From an uncultured Chromatiales bacterium (GTDB lineage: Bacteria > Pseudomonadota > Gammaproteobacteria > SZUA-140): DNA of 64,000 nt. Both the position numbers and the translations under genes were made by a program. This document shows, piece by piece, positions 18,019 through 28,765 of the stretch (positions are counted from its first letter, which is position 1; each line of letters opens with the position of its first letter). The notes beneath the pieces are model-generated. The model did not search any database. It was not told the DNA's origin and saw only the letters and a list, made by a program, of their open reading frames with translations. The DNA lies in NCBI GenBank assembly GCA_964581365.1, contig CAZOOF010000005.1, forward strand, positions 12,872 through 76,871, written 5' to 3'.

Positions 18019-20340
18019 ATGCTGAACAGGATCAAGACTCCCGCGATCGTTATCGCCGCGCTGCTGTTGCTCTATACCCTGATCGGCTTCCTGGCCGTGC
18101 CGGCGCTGGTGCGCTCGCAGGCGATCGACTATCTGCGCGAGAACCATGATCTCGCCCTGGCCATCGACAAGCTGCGTTTCAATCCCTACGCGCTGCATGC
18201 GCGGGCCGAGGGAGTGAGGCTGGACGACGCCGACGGTGACCGGCTGCTGTCCTGGGATGCGCTCTCGGTGAATGTGGGCTGGCGTTCGCTGTGGGAACGC
18301 GCGCTGGTGTTCCAATCGATTGCTTTGAGCGGTCCTTTCGTGCATGCCGAACTGCAGGCTGATGGCGGCCTCAATCTGGTCGAAGCCTTCGCCCGGGACG
18401 AAGCACCGCAAGAGGATGAGCCGGCGGATGAAGGCGAGGGTTTCGCCATCGTCGTCGACGAGTTCGTGCTGGATGGCGGAACCGTGCGCTTCAGCGATCT
18501 GGCACGCGGGTTCGATCGCAGCTTCGGTCCGCTGGCGCTGCGCCTGCATGATTTTTCGACGCGCCCGGGCGTGCCATCGGAGCTGGTTGCCCTGCATGTC
18601 GCGCTCGGCGAACGCGGTTCGCTGACCGTCAAGGGCGATGTTTCCGTGGCGCCGGCCGGGTTCGACCTCGAGCTTCTCGCCGAGAACCTTCCCCTGGAAA
18701 TCGCCCAGCCCTATGTCCCGGAAACTCTGGCTGCCAGGATCGCCGATGGCGCGCTGGGATTCAGGCTCCGCGCGATCCAGGGGCCGCCTGAGCCGCTTCT
18801 TGCCCTGCGTGGAGACGCTTCGATTACGTCGCTTGCGATCGAAGTGGCGGGCCGGGACGATCCCGTGCTCGCCTGGCGCGAGCTCGCCTTGCAGGACATC
18901 GAGTTCGATCTGGCGCCGGACCGGCTCGCGATCGCCGAGATCGGAATCGATGGCTTCGACTCGGTGTTCCGGATTTATCCCGACGGCAACACGAACGTCG
19001 GATTGGTTCTGAACGCCGGCGCACCGGGCGAGGCTGAGTCCGGCAGCGAAGAGGCGGTTGCAGAGGATGCGCGGAGCGCGGATGTCACCGAGACCGCGGA
19101 AGAGGTCACGGAAGCATTTCCTTTCAGCGTGGGGCGCATCGCTATCGCGGATTCCCGGTTGTTGTTCAATGATCGCCAGATCAAGCCGCCGGTGTCGATG
19201 CACATCGAAAACCTTGCCGGCGAGATCAGCGGCGTATCTTCCGCTCCCGATGCCCGGATCGAAGCGACGCTGAACGGCCGCGTCGGTGATCATGGGGGAG
19301 CGGATGCGGCGGGTCATGTTGCGCCATTTGCCGAAGCCCACGATCTGAAAGCAGACGTTTCCTTCAGCAATGTCGAGATGACCGGATTCTCGCCGTACGC
19401 CGGACGATTCGCAGGGTACGAAATCGCAAAGGGCAAAATGTCGCTGGATCTGCGCTATACCCTCGATGGGAACCGTCTGCAGGGACACAATCGGGCGCTG
19501 TTCGATCAGTTCGATCTCGGTGATCGGGTGGAGAGCGAGGATGCCACCTCGCTGCCAGTGAAATTCGCGCTCTCGCTGCTGCGCGACCGCCATGGGCGCA
19601 TAGACATCAGTCTGCCGGTGGAGGGGGACATTGATGCACCGGGGTTTCGCTTCGGCCACCTGATCGGACAGGTGCTGCTGAACACGCTCACCAAGATCGT
19701 GACCGCGCCATTCTCCTTCATCGCCAGTGTCTTCGGCGGTGGGCCGGACATGGAGTTTGCGCAGTTTGCGGCCGGAACCGCCGATCTGTCAGCGGATGAG
19801 TTCGAGAAGATCCGTCCCCTGGTCGAGGCGCTGAATGAGCGTCCACTGCTCACGCTGGACATCCAGGGTTTCAGCCACCGTGAACAGGATGGCGAGGCGC
19901 TGCGCCGGCTCCGCCTCGCCGATGGCCTGGCCGCCATCGCCGCGGGCGGCGCACCTGCCGAGCAGGTGCTCCAGCGTGCCTATGACGCGCAGTTCGGTGA
20001 CGGCGCCGCGGACGCGCTCAGATCCGAGCTCGAGGCCGATCAGGAAGCCGATCCGGCCGAGGGTGCCGATGCGGCAGCAAGCGAACCGGGCGCGGAGGAC
20101 AGGGAGGCGCGGGCGGCGGCGCTGGAACAGCGTGTTCAGGACGAACTCCAGATGCGCCTGCTTGCTGCTCAGCCCTTGAGTGACGACGAACTGCGCGCGC
20201 TCGCCTTCGACCGCGGACGCGCGCTCATGGCCGCGCTCGTCGATGCCGGAGGTCCGGTCGACCGCATTTTCGTGCGCAGCGGCCAGATCGGCGGCGACAG
20301 CGAGGGCACCCGTGCCAGGCTGATTCTCGGCGCCCGTTAG
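18019..20340 (+). CDS. Large DUF748/AsmA-like envelope protein with an N-terminal membrane anchor
   Basis: Start MLNRIKTPAIVIAALLLLYTLIGFLAVPALV (TM anchor), then a long beta-rich periplasmic region and an acidic C-terminus. The 559-aa reverse ORF 17980..19659 is antisense noise. Confidence 0.6.
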   Translation: MLNRIKTPAIVIAALLLLYTLIGFLAVPALVRSQAIDYLRENHDLALAIDKLRFNPYALHARAEGVRLDDADGDRLLSWDALSVNVGWRSLWERALVFQSIALSGPFVHAELQADGGLNLVEAFARDEAPQEDEPADEGEGFAIVVDEFVLDGGTVRFSDLARGFDRSFGPLALRLHDFSTRPGVPSELVALHVALGERGSLTVKGDVSVAPAGFDLELLAENLPLEIAQPYVPETLAARIADGALGFRLRAIQGPPEPLLALRGDASITSLAIEVAGRDDPVLAWRELALQDIEFDLAPDRLAIAEIGIDGFDSVFRIYPDGNTNVGLVLNAGAPGEAESGSEEAVAEDARSADVTETAEEVTEAFPFSVGRIAIADSRLLFNDRQIKPPVSMHIENLAGEISGVSSAPDARIEATLNGRVGDHGGADAAGHVAPFAEAHDLKADVSFSNVEMTGFSPYAGRFAGYEIAKGKMSLDLRYTLDGNRLQGHNRALFDQFDLGDRVESEDATSLPVKFALSLLRDRHGRIDISLPVEGDIDAPGFRFGHLIGQVLLNTLTKIVTAPFSFIASVFGGGPDMEFAQFAAGTADLSADEFEKIRPLVEALNERPLLTLDIQGFSHREQDGEALRRLRLADGLAAIAAGGAPAEQVLQRAYDAQFGDGAADALRSELEADQEADPAEGADAAASEPGAEDREARAAALEQRVQDELQMRLLAAQPLSDDELRALAFDRGRALMAALVDAGGPVDRIFVRSGQIGGDSEGTRARLILGAR

Positions 20341-20457
20341 TCGTGCGAGTCCCGATTGTCCGCCGCAATATCCGTTGTTATGGTAGGGAAGATGCCGTCG
20401 CGGCGGCTGGCGCGCGCATCGGCAGAAACTGTCGATGACAACGGTCAGGAGGATGAC

Positions 20458-20949
20458 ATGGCGCAAGGCAGTGATATCGAGGTTTCCAAGGGCGGACGAC
20501 AGCCTGGTTACCCCGCTACCGACGGCGATCCGTGGGAGATGATGGACCGAATGATGGAGCGGTTCATGGGACGCAGGATGGGGTTGTTCCGTGATTTCCC
20601 CATGACCCTCGAGCGGCCGTTCGGCGGCAGGATGCCGCAGGTCGATGTGATCGACGGCGATACCGAGATCAAGGTGCGCGTCGCGCTGCCGGGTGTGGAT
20701 CGCAAGGATCTGCAGGTGGATGTGACGCAGGACATGGTGTCGATCCGCGGCTCGACGCGTCAGGAGAGCAGGGAGGAGCGGGAGAACTATTATCGCTCCG
20801 AACTGATGCGCGGCGAATTCGCCCGGACGATACCGCTTCCCGCCACGGTGGACAGCGAAAAGGCCCGCGGCACGTTCAAGGATGGATTGCTCGAGCTGGT
20901 GCTGCCGAAGACCGAAACGCGAAAGCGCCGCTCCATCCCCATCGAATGA
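20458..20949 (+). CDS. Hsp20/alpha-crystallin small heat-shock protein
   Basis: AGGAGG 6 nt before the ATG. ACD core PQVDVIDGDTEIKVRVALPGVDRKDLQVDV...GTFKDGLLELVLPK. Confidence 0.85.
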   Translation: MAQGSDIEVSKGGRQPGYPATDGDPWEMMDRMMERFMGRRMGLFRDFPMTLERPFGGRMPQVDVIDGDTEIKVRVALPGVDRKDLQVDVTQDMVSIRGSTRQESREERENYYRSELMRGEFARTIPLPATVDSEKARGTFKDGLLELVLPKTETRKRRSIPIE

Positions 20950-20957
20950 CAGCAGCG

Positions 20958-20994
20958 GCGGCGCGGGTGAATGCAGCCCGCGCCGCTCCTTTTC
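20958..20994. terminator. Bidirectional rho-independent terminator between convergent genes
   Basis: Perfect 10-bp stem GCGGCGCGGG / CCCGCGCCGC with a 9-nt loop, followed by TCCTTTTC. Confidence 0.5.
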
Positions 20995-21826
20995 AGCGCA
21001 TCGGTTTCACGAATTTCAGGGTCATGCGATCGCTTTCGCCGATGGCGAGGTAGCGCTCGCGGTCCTGTTCCCCCAGCCGCAGGGTGGGCGGCAGCGTCCA
21101 CACGCCTTCCGGGTGATCCTTGGTGTCGCGCGGGTTGGCGTTGATTTCCGCACGGTCGACGAACTCGAATCCGGCCGCCTGCGCGCGTTCGATCACATAT
21201 TCCTCGAACACGTAACCGGAGCGGGCTTTCGGATCCTGGGCGCTCCCTGGATCGCCGCGGTGTTCCACCACTCCCAGGATTCCTCCCGGCTTCAATGCCT
21301 GGTACATGGCATCGAAGATCATGTCAGTAGTGCCGGCGGCCATCCAGTTATGCACATTGCGGAAGGTCAGCACCATGTCGGCTGATTCCGGCGGAGCGAT
21401 CCGGGTCTGGTCCGGAGGCGCCAGCACAGTGATCTTTACGTCCCCATACAAGGCCGGATTGGAGGCGATCTTGTGCTGGAAGCGCTGCGCGGCTCGGCGG
21501 AAGAATTCGACATTCGAATCCGGATCGAAGCCGGCGGCATAGTACTGACCGCGGTCGCGCAGGAACGGCGCGAGAATGTCGGTGTACCAGCCTGCGCCCG
21601 GCGTCACCTCGACCACCGTCATGTCGTCACGGATCCCCAGCCACAGCAGCGTTTCCAAGGGGTGGCGATACGCATCCCGGGCGCGATCGGCTGCGCTGCG
21701 GTGATCGCTATCGACTGCCGCCTGCAGCCTGTGTTCAGTTTCGGTTGCCGCCAAGAGCGGCGACGATATGGAGAGAGAAAGCAGGAGTGCGGCACAGGCC
21801 GCGACAGGATTGAGGGTCGATCTCAT
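20993..21826 (-). CDS. Secreted (signal-peptide-bearing) class I SAM-dependent methyltransferase
   Basis: Trimmed to MRSTLNPVAACAALLLSLSISSPLLAATE (signal peptide). Methyltransferase motifs VVEVTPGAGWYT and DMVLTFRNVHNW, and LKPGGILGVVEH. Confidence 0.65.
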   Translation of the reverse strand: MRSTLNPVAACAALLLSLSISSPLLAATETEHRLQAAVDSDHRSAADRARDAYRHPLETLLWLGIRDDMTVVEVTPGAGWYTDILAPFLRDRGQYYAAGFDPDSNVEFFRRAAQRFQHKIASNPALYGDVKITVLAPPDQTRIAPPESADMVLTFRNVHNWMAAGTTDMIFDAMYQALKPGGILGVVEHRGDPGSAQDPKARSGYVFEEYVIERAQAAGFEFVDRAEINANPRDTKDHPEGVWTLPPTLRLGEQDRERYLAIGESDRMTLKFVKPMR

Positions 21827-21888
21827 CGGTCGCTCGTCCTCCAGGAGGTTCGGGTTGACCGCGAGGTTACGGGCTTGCGGCGTTCCCT

Positions 21889-22554
21889 TCAAGTGCCGGC
21901 TGACGGCGCGGCAGTCGGTTGTTGGCCGGGGAATGGCAGGATCTGTGGAAGAAACAGCTTCAGGCTCTGCACCAGCACCTCACGCTCTACATCTGGTTCG
22001 CGCACCGCGCGTACGGCTAGCCCCTCGATGAAGCACTGCAATGAAAAGGCGCGGATGCGCACCTCTTCGTCGCCGAGTTCACGGCCGGCCTGAGCGGCAG
22101 CCTGACGGATCCAGGCCCGGAAATCTCCGCCGCGGATCCGTTGCGCTTCATCGAGGGCGCGCGCGATCTGGGGATCCCGGCCCGACTCGGCGGTCATTTC
22201 GAGGAACAGGACTGGATTCATGACCCTAGGGTCATGCTGCTTCCAGCGTGCGAAGAGATCGACGATGCGCGTTATCAGATCGCAGGCGGAGCGCAGGCTG
22301 GCGATATCCGCGCGCACTTCCTCGTTCTGCCGCTCGACGATCGCCTGGATGATCGCGCTCTTGCTGGCGAAATAGCGATAGATCAGCCCGGGGCTCATGC
22401 CGGCATGGGCCGCGATCTCGGCCATGCTCGCGGCATGAAAGCCGCGCTCGATGAAGCAGGTCTGGGCCGCCGCGAGAATGCGGTTGCGCTGTATCCCGGC
22501 CCGGTCCTGCTGGCGGTGCGAAGAGGACTCAGGATGGCGGTTCTCCGCGGTCAC
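21889..22554 (-). CDS. TetR/AcrR-family transcriptional repressor
   Basis: GTG start overlapping the RND pump stop (GTGA). [43 protein letters not shown], then a helical ligand-binding domain. The upstream part of the track ORF 21889..23130 is antisense to the pump. Confidence 0.75.
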   Translation of the reverse strand: MTAENRHPESSSHRQQDRAGIQRNRILAAAQTCFIERGFHAASMAEIAAHAGMSPGLIYRYFASKSAIIQAIVERQNEEVRADIASLRSACDLITRIVDLFARWKQHDPRVMNPVLFLEMTAESGRDPQIARALDEAQRIRGGDFRAWIRQAAAQAGRELGDEEVRIRAFSLQCFIEGLAVRAVREPDVEREVLVQSLKLFLPQILPFPGQQPTAAPSAGT

Positions 22555-25500
22555 GCCTGAGCCTCTGCCTGCGCCGAGGTCGATTCTTCGGAGCGCCGCC
22601 GTCGGCCAAATATCCGCTGGATGGTGACGAAGAACAGGGGCACGAAGAACAGCCCGAGGAACGCGCCGAAGATCATGCCGCCGAGCACGCCGGTGCCGAT
22701 GGAGTGCTGAGCTCCGGAGCCTGCGCCCGATGCCAGGGCGAGCGGCAGAACGCCCATGCCGAAGGCGATCGAGGTCATGAGGATGGGGCGCAAGCGATCC
22801 CGTATGGCCTGCATCGTCGCCGCGATGACGTCCCGTCCCTGCTGCATGTAGTCGGTCGCGAAGGCGATGATCATAATGGCGTTCTTGCTGGTCAGTCCGA
22901 CCGTGGTCAGCATTGCCACCTGGAAATAGACATCGCGCTCCAGTCCGCGCAGGGTGGTCGCAAGTACGATGCCGAGGATGCCGAGCGGCGCGGCCAGCAT
23001 GACCGCGGTCGGAATGGTCCAGCTTTCGTATAGCGCCGCCAAGCAGAGAAACACGACCAGCAGCGACAGGGTATAGAGCATAGGTGTCTGCGCGCCGGCC
23101 TGGCGCTCCTGATAGGAGAGGCCGCTCCACTCCATGGTGAAGCCCTGCGGGAGCTGTGCCACCAGACGTTCGATTTCCGCCATCGCTTCGCCCGAGCTGA
23201 CGCCGGGCGCGGCCTCGCCGTTGATTTCGACCGCGGAGATGCCGTTGTAGCGTTCGAGGCGGGGCGAACCATAGTCCCAGCTCGAGCTGACGAAGGCGGA
23301 GAGCGGCACCATGCGGCCCTCGTTGTTTCTCACCGACCAGCGGGCGAAGTCTTCCGGCACCATGCGATATGGCGCATCTGCCTGAACATAGACCCGCTTG
23401 ACGCGGCCGCGATCGATGAAGTCATCGATGTACTGTCCACCCCAGGATGCCTGCATGGTGCTGTTGACGTCAGCCATCGACAGGCCGAGCGAAGTGGCCT
23501 TGGCGACATCCACATGCAGCCGGAATTGCGGCGTATCCTCGAGGCCGTTCGGGCGCACGTTGGCGAGCAGCCGGCTCTGCGCCGCGGCGCCGAGGAGCTG
23601 GTTGCGGGCGCCGACGAGTCCCTCATGACCTGAATTGCCGGTATCCTTCAGGTAGAACACGAAGCCGCCCGAAGTGCCGAGCTCAGGCATCGGAGGTGGC
23701 GCAAACACGAACACGAAGGCGTCGCGGATCTGGCTGAGCGCTCCCATGGCCCGGCCGGCCACCGCGGCAGCGAAGGTATCGGGTTCGGTGCGTTCGCTCC
23801 AGTCCTTCAGCTTGATGAATGCCATGCCGGTGTTCTGACCCGAGCCGCCGAAGCTGAATCCCTGCACGGTGAAGACCGACTCCACCAGCTCCTTTTCCTC
23901 GACCAGGAAGTGGTGTTCCAGTTCCTCGAAGGACTGCATGGTGCGTTCCTGCGTGGAGCCAACCGGCGCCTGCACCATGGAGAACAGCACGCCCTGATCT
24001 TCCGGCGGCAGGAAGGAGCTCGGCAGATTCACGAAGCCGATCACGGTCAGGCCGCAGAGCAGCATGAATACCGCCAGGAAGCGGCCGATGCGGGCAAGCA
24101 TGTAGCGCACCACGCCCTGATATCTGGCGCTGCCAGCGTCATAGGCGCGGTTGAACCAGCGGAAGAGTCCGCGCTCGCCGTGATGCTCTCCCTTCTTCAG
24201 CGGTTTGAGCATGGTTGCGCACAGCGCTGGCGTCAGTATCAGCGCCACCAGCACCGACAGTCCCATCGCCGAAACGATGGTGACCGAGAACTGGCGATAG
24301 ATGACCCCCGTCGATCCGCTCATGAACGCCATTGGCACGAACACGGCCGACAGTACCATGCCGATCGCGACCAGGGCCCCGGTGATCTGTCGCATGGACT
24401 TGCGAGTGGCTTCGCGCGGCGATAGTCCTTCCTCGCTCATCACGCGCTCCACGTTCTCGACCACAACGATGGCGTCATCGACCAGCAGGCCGATGGCGAG
24501 CACCATGGCGAACATGGTCAGCATATTGATCGAATATCCCATCGCGCCGAGGATCGCCAGCGTGCCGAGCAGTACCACCGGTACCGCGATGGTCGGAATC
24601 AGCGTCGCGCGGAAATTCTGCAGGAAGATGAACATGACCAGGAAGACGAGCACGATTGCTTCGGCGAGCACGGTGAGCACGTTCTCGATCGCGGTGCGCA
24701 CGAAAGGTGTCGTTTCGAACGGAATGACGTAGGTCAGGCCCGCGGGAAATCCGGGGCGCATCGACTCAAGGGCTGCCTCGACGGCGGCCGCGGTCTCGAG
24801 CGCATTGGCGCCCGTCGCCATCATGATCGCGATGCCGCTGGCCGGGCGACCGTTCTGGCGCGTGATGACGTTGTAGGATTCTGCGCCGAGCTCCACCCGC
24901 GCCACGTCGCCGAGGCGCAGTGCCGAGCCGTCGGGATTGCTGCGGACGACAATGTCCTTGAACTGCTCGGGCGTCTCCAGGCGACCCTGGGCGATGATGG
25001 TCGCGTTCAGTTGCTGGCCGGGTACGGCCGGGGTCGCGCCGAGCTGCCCCACGGCGACCTGCCGGTTCTGCGAGCGGATGGCTTCGATGATTTCGTTCGG
25101 CGTCAGGGCATAGCCATCGAGCTTGTCCGGGTCGAGCCAGATGCGCATGGCGTACTGTGAACCGAATACGCGGATATTGCCGACGCCCGGAACGCGGCTC
25201 AGCGGGTCGACCAGATTGGCAGCGACATAGTCGGCGATGTCGTCCTTGGCCATGCGGCCGTCCTCGGACACGAAGCCGACCACCATGAGGAAGCCGGTGC
25301 TGGCCTTGTTGACGTTCACGCCCTGGGCCTGAACTTCCTGTGGCAGCAGCGGCAGCGCCAGCTGCAGCTTGTTCTGCACCTGTACCTGCGCGATATCCGC
25401 ATTGACCGCGTTATCGAAGGTGAGGCTGATCGAAGCACTGCCATCGGCCGAGCTGCTGGACGACATGTACAGCAGGCCATCGAGCCCCTTCATGTTCTGT

Positions 25501-25697
25501 TCGATGACCTGAGTGACCGAGTCTTCGACCACCTTCGCGGAAGCGCCGGGATAGGTCGCGCTGATGGTGACCGTGGGTGGCGCCACGGTCGGGTACATGG
25601 ACACAGGCAGGCGGGCGAGCGACAGCGCGCCCGCCAGCATGATGAGAATGGCGATGACCCAGGCGAAGATGGGGCGGCCGATGAAGAATTGCGGCAT
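22551..25697 (-). CDS. RND-family multidrug efflux permease (AcrB/MexB, HAE1)
   Basis: 1048 aa with 12 TM helices and two large periplasmic loops. Colinear with AcrB-type pumps throughout. Confidence 0.95.
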   Translation of the reverse strand: MPQFFIGRPIFAWVIAILIMLAGALSLARLPVSMYPTVAPPTVTISATYPGASAKVVEDSVTQVIEQNMKGLDGLLYMSSSSSADGSASISLTFDNAVNADIAQVQVQNKLQLALPLLPQEVQAQGVNVNKASTGFLMVVGFVSEDGRMAKDDIADYVAANLVDPLSRVPGVGNIRVFGSQYAMRIWLDPDKLDGYALTPNEIIEAIRSQNRQVAVGQLGATPAVPGQQLNATIIAQGRLETPEQFKDIVVRSNPDGSALRLGDVARVELGAESYNVITRQNGRPASGIAIMMATGANALETAAAVEAALESMRPGFPAGLTYVIPFETTPFVRTAIENVLTVLAEAIVLVFLVMFIFLQNFRATLIPTIAVPVVLLGTLAILGAMGYSINMLTMFAMVLAIGLLVDDAIVVVENVERVMSEEGLSPREATRKSMRQITGALVAIGMVLSAVFVPMAFMSGSTGVIYRQFSVTIVSAMGLSVLVALILTPALCATMLKPLKKGEHHGERGLFRWFNRAYDAGSARYQGVVRYMLARIGRFLAVFMLLCGLTVIGFVNLPSSFLPPEDQGVLFSMVQAPVGSTQERTMQSFEELEHHFLVEEKELVESVFTVQGFSFGGSGQNTGMAFIKLKDWSERTEPDTFAAAVAGRAMGALSQIRDAFVFVFAPPPMPELGTSGGFVFYLKDTGNSGHEGLVGARNQLLGAAAQSRLLANVRPNGLEDTPQFRLHVDVAKATSLGLSMADVNSTMQASWGGQYIDDFIDRGRVKRVYVQADAPYRMVPEDFARWSVRNNEGRMVPLSAFVSSSWDYGSPRLERYNGISAVEINGEAAPGVSSGEAMAEIERLVAQLPQGFTMEWSGLSYQERQAGAQTPMLYTLSLLVVFLCLAALYESWTIPTAVMLAAPLGILGIVLATTLRGLERDVYFQVAMLTTVGLTSKNAIMIIAFATDYMQQGRDVIAATMQAIRDRLRPILMTSIAFGMGVLPLALASGAGSGAQHSIGTGVLGGMIFGAFLGLFFVPLFFVTIQRIFGRRRRSEESTSAQAEAQA

Positions 25698-25709
25698 GGT
25701 GGCGCTCCG

Positions 25710-26870
25710 TCAGTCTGCCTGCTGCGGCATTGCCGATCCGGCCTCGGTGGGCTCGACCGGCGTACCATCCTGGATCTTCTGCAGTCCGGCCACGATCACC
25801 CGGTCTCCGGGCTGGAGTCCGCTCGCAACCAGCCACTGATCGCCGATGGTGCGGCTGACCTGCACGTCGCGCCGCTGCGCAGTGCCGTCCTGGCCGACGA
25901 CCATCGCGCTGGCATTGCCCTTAGGGTCACGCATCACACCCTGCTGAGGCGCCAGTAGCGCTTCGGGGAGCGTGATGTTGGCGAGTTCGGCGCGCACGTA
26001 CATGCCCGGCATCAGCAGCCGCTCGGGGTTCGGCACCACCGCGCGCAGCGCGAAGCGGCCGGTCGATGGATCGACTGCGACATCGGCGAACGTCAGCCTG
26101 CCCTCGTGAGGGTAGCGGGTGCCGTCTTCGAGCAGGATGGTAACGGGCGCGCCTTCGGTGCTGCCCTGCGCCAGACCGCTCTCGAGCGCGCGCCGCAGTT
26201 GCAGCAGTTCGCTGCTGGACTGTGTGACATCGACATAGATGGGATCGAGCTGCTGTACGGTGGCCAGCGGCAGCTCCTGGTTCGCGGTGACCAGTGCTCC
26301 TTCGGTGACCATGGAGCGGCCGATGATGCCATCGATCGGAGAAGTGATGCGTGTATAGCCAAGCAGCACTTCGTCGCGCTGAACGGTGGCCTTGGCGATG
26401 CCGAGATCGGCTTCGGCAACGCGCAGGTTGGCGATCGCCGTCTCGTAGTCCTGTTCGCTGATGGCCTTGACCGCGAACAGCTCCTCGGCCCGCTTCGCCT
26501 GCAGGCGCGTCTGCTCCACGGCGGCTTCGGCTCGTGCCTGCGTGGCGCGCGCGCTGCTCAGGTCGGCCTGGTAGGTGTCGTCCTCGAGCCGGTAGAGGAT
26601 CTGTCCGGCCTTGACCTGGTCTCCTTCCTCGAACAGGCGCTCCTTGATGATGCCGCTGACCTGGGGGCGCACCTCGGCGACCCGCAACGAGTTGGTGCGA
26701 CCGGGGAGCTCGCGGGTAAGGGTCAGTGGGCGGGTTTCCAGGGTGACTACGGTAACCGGCACCGGCCCGCCGGCCTGTGGCGGCGCTGGGGGTTCTCCGC
26801 CGCAGGCTGCAAGCAGCGTGAGGAAAGACAGCGACAAAAGGGGACGGCTCACACGAACGGGGTTGCGCAT
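25710..26870 (-). CDS. RND efflux periplasmic adaptor (AcrA/MexA-type membrane fusion lipoprotein)
   Basis: Trimmed to MRNPVRVSRPLLSLSFLTLLAACGG (lipobox). Lipoyl, coiled-coil and beta-barrel MFP domains. The stop is 12 nt before the pump start. Confidence 0.9.
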   Translation of the reverse strand: MRNPVRVSRPLLSLSFLTLLAACGGEPPAPPQAGGPVPVTVVTLETRPLTLTRELPGRTNSLRVAEVRPQVSGIIKERLFEEGDQVKAGQILYRLEDDTYQADLSSARATQARAEAAVEQTRLQAKRAEELFAVKAISEQDYETAIANLRVAEADLGIAKATVQRDEVLLGYTRITSPIDGIIGRSMVTEGALVTANQELPLATVQQLDPIYVDVTQSSSELLQLRRALESGLAQGSTEGAPVTILLEDGTRYPHEGRLTFADVAVDPSTGRFALRAVVPNPERLLMPGMYVRAELANITLPEALLAPQQGVMRDPKGNASAMVVGQDGTAQRRDVQVSRTIGDQWLVASGLQPGDRVIVAGLQKIQDGTPVEPTEAGSAMPQQAD

Positions 26871-26921
26871 GGGGAGGAGACTCTGGTGTTGGAATGTCCG
26901 AGTACGAATGTCGGGAAAGAA

Positions 26922-26935
26922 TGAATGATCATTCA
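26922..26935. promoter_or_regulatory. Perfect 14-bp palindrome TGAATGATCATTCA upstream of the efflux operon, a candidate TetR-family operator
   Basis: It lies about 50-65 nt upstream of the adaptor start codon. It also generates the spurious upstream Met (MNDHSF...) of the track ORF. Confidence 0.4.
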
Positions 26936-27193
26936 CCTCCTGTCAATCGACCGTTCGGGTCACTGCGAGTATCTGCGCGGCGGTGGCTGGAGATACCTGA
27001 GCGCTCGCCGATAAAGCTCGCTGTTCGCGCGGACGACGCTCGAGGGGATGCCCGCTCCGAAGAGGCGCCTGCGTTTTCCCTTGAAAAACATAAGGACTTC
27101 GAGGTTTGAGCTCACCGCGGGAACTCTCTAGACTGTGGACGGCTCCCGGAGGCGGGCCTTTCTGACGAATGCACCAATGAGCAAGGAGACGCG

Positions 27194-27652
27194 ATGAAAC
27201 GAGTAGTCTTGTCCGCCGCTATGGCGGTTACGATGCTGTCGGCCCTTCCGGCGATGGCCCAGGACCCCAAGCCCGAAGACGTGATCGAATTCCGGCAGGG
27301 TGTTTACAAAATCATCGGCTGGTATTTCGGACCGCTCGGAGCGATGGCAAAGGGCGATGCGCCTTTCGACAGCCAGGTGGCAGCGCGTAATGCGCAGATC
27401 GTGGCTGACATGAGCATGATCGCGCCTGATGCGTTCGTGCGCGGTTCGGATCGCGGTCAGACCGGTGTTCTTCCGGAAGTCTGGTCCAAACCGCAGGATT
27501 TTGCCAAGGTCATGGACAACTTCCAGCAGCAGACCGCCAAGCTGGCGGAAGTCGCTCAGTCCGGCGATTTCGATGCCTTCCGCGCCCAGGTCGGTGAAAC
27601 CGGCAAGGCGTGCAAGGCCTGTCACGACGATTTCCGCAAGAAGCGTCGCTGA
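27194..27652 (+). CDS. Cytochrome c' (class II c-type cytochrome, four-helix bundle)
   Basis: Signal peptide MKRVVLSAAMAVTMLSALPAMAQD. A single CKACH heme site near the C-terminus, with the helical-bundle pattern typical of cytochrome c'. Confidence 0.85.
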   Translation: MKRVVLSAAMAVTMLSALPAMAQDPKPEDVIEFRQGVYKIIGWYFGPLGAMAKGDAPFDSQVAARNAQIVADMSMIAPDAFVRGSDRGQTGVLPEVWSKPQDFAKVMDNFQQQTAKLAEVAQSGDFDAFRAQVGETGKACKACHDDFRKKRR

Positions 27653-28339
27653 TCAGCTCACCAGCAGCCAGACAGCGCCCGCGACGGCGGCCAGCAACGC
27701 GAGCGCCAGAGCGGGGCGAAAAGGAGTGGCGGGCGCTGCAAGGGCGCCCGCCACTTTTTTGTAGCCGGTGAACATCGGTGCGATGAGGTTTTCGCGGCGG
27801 TGAAGCAGGTGATAGAACACTGCGACGATGTGCAGTCCGGCAAGCGTCAGCAGCGCGTTGAAGTTGTAGTGATGGATCATGGTCAGCCAGTCGCTGGTAT
27901 CCTTGCCGACCAGGCCATAGAGCGGTCCCTCGGTAAAGATGTCATCGTTGGCGAACAGGCCAGTGCCAGCCTGAACCAGCAGGCAGGCGATCAGCAGGGT
28001 GACGTTGATGCCGCCGAGCGGGGTATGTCCGACGGCCGGCACCGCGCTCTCGCGCCGGTGCAGCGTCAGCATGTCGGCGATGATCGCGCGCGGAGCGTGC
28101 AGGAAGCTGGTGAAGCGGGCATAGCTGGTGCCGATGAAGCCCCAGACGATGCGCACCAGAACCAGGGTCAGAACCGCGTAGCCCGACCACATGTGGTATT
28201 CCATCATGTTTCCGCCAGCCGTTCCTGCGTACCAGGAAAATGCGATCAGCCCCAGCAGGCTCCAATGGAAAATTCTTACCAGCGGGTCCCAGACATAGAC
28301 TCGTCGGTGATTGCTGCGCTCGTTTGTCTGCATCTTCAT
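27653..28339 (-). CDS. Cytochrome b561 family membrane protein (CybB/YodB-like)
   Basis: Four TM helices with the His ligands IFHWSLLGL...HMWSGY...HHYNFNALL...LHIVAVFYH. Its stop abuts the cytochrome c' stop. Confidence 0.8.
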   Translation of the reverse strand: MKMQTNERSNHRRVYVWDPLVRIFHWSLLGLIAFSWYAGTAGGNMMEYHMWSGYAVLTLVLVRIVWGFIGTSYARFTSFLHAPRAIIADMLTLHRRESAVPAVGHTPLGGINVTLLIACLLVQAGTGLFANDDIFTEGPLYGLVGKDTSDWLTMIHHYNFNALLTLAGLHIVAVFYHLLHRRENLIAPMFTGYKKVAGALAAPATPFRPALALALLAAVAGAVWLLVS

Positions 28340-28484
28340 TCCTGAATTACCTGTAGTGCATCAGTTGTCGTGTGTTTGCGCTGTATCCGGCCGCGCTCGC
28401 GTACAGGCCCTAAGGGAAACAACGCTTGGTTTTTGCGTCCCGGCATGCGTAACCTTGAGCCAGGAGGCTGAATCGGAGAATCCC

Positions 28485-28751
28485 ATGGCGCTGACGACGA
28501 TCGAACTGGCGCGGGCGAGAGAAGCCACGTCACTCCTGCTGGACGAATTGGGTCTCAAGGCTTATCTGTTCGAGGTGGATATTACGGACGGGCAGTGGCT
28601 GGTCAAGGTCGATTGCGCGCTCGATGGTGGTGGTTGGCAGACCGTGGTTCTTCCCGCCCGCGATATTCCGCTGGTGATCAGGGGCGATGAGGAGGCGCGA
28701 GCCAGGCTGCTGGCATCGTGGCGCGAGCGGCTTTCCGCCTGCCGGATCTGA
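28485..28751 (+). CDS. Hypothetical small protein (88 aa)
   Basis: MALTTIELARAREATSLLLDELGLKAYLFEVDITDGQWLVKVDCALDGGGWQTVVLPARD... has coding-like composition and possible CGGAGAA/CAGGAGG sites upstream. Confidence 0.35.
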   Translation: MALTTIELARAREATSLLLDELGLKAYLFEVDITDGQWLVKVDCALDGGGWQTVVLPARDIPLVIRGDEEARARLLASWRERLSACRI

Positions 28752-28765
28752 TTCCTGTCATCGCC

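Noticed and set aside
17980-19659. 559-aa minus-strand ORF
   Set aside because: Antisense to the DUF748/AsmA-like gene. Low-complexity, Arg/Gly-rich.
26871-26936. Upstream Met (MNDHSFFPD...) for the RND adaptor with GGAGG nearby
   Set aside because: It would bury the lipoprotein signal peptide 22 residues inside the protein. The ATG is produced by the TGAATGATCATTCA palindrome, which is better explained as an operator.
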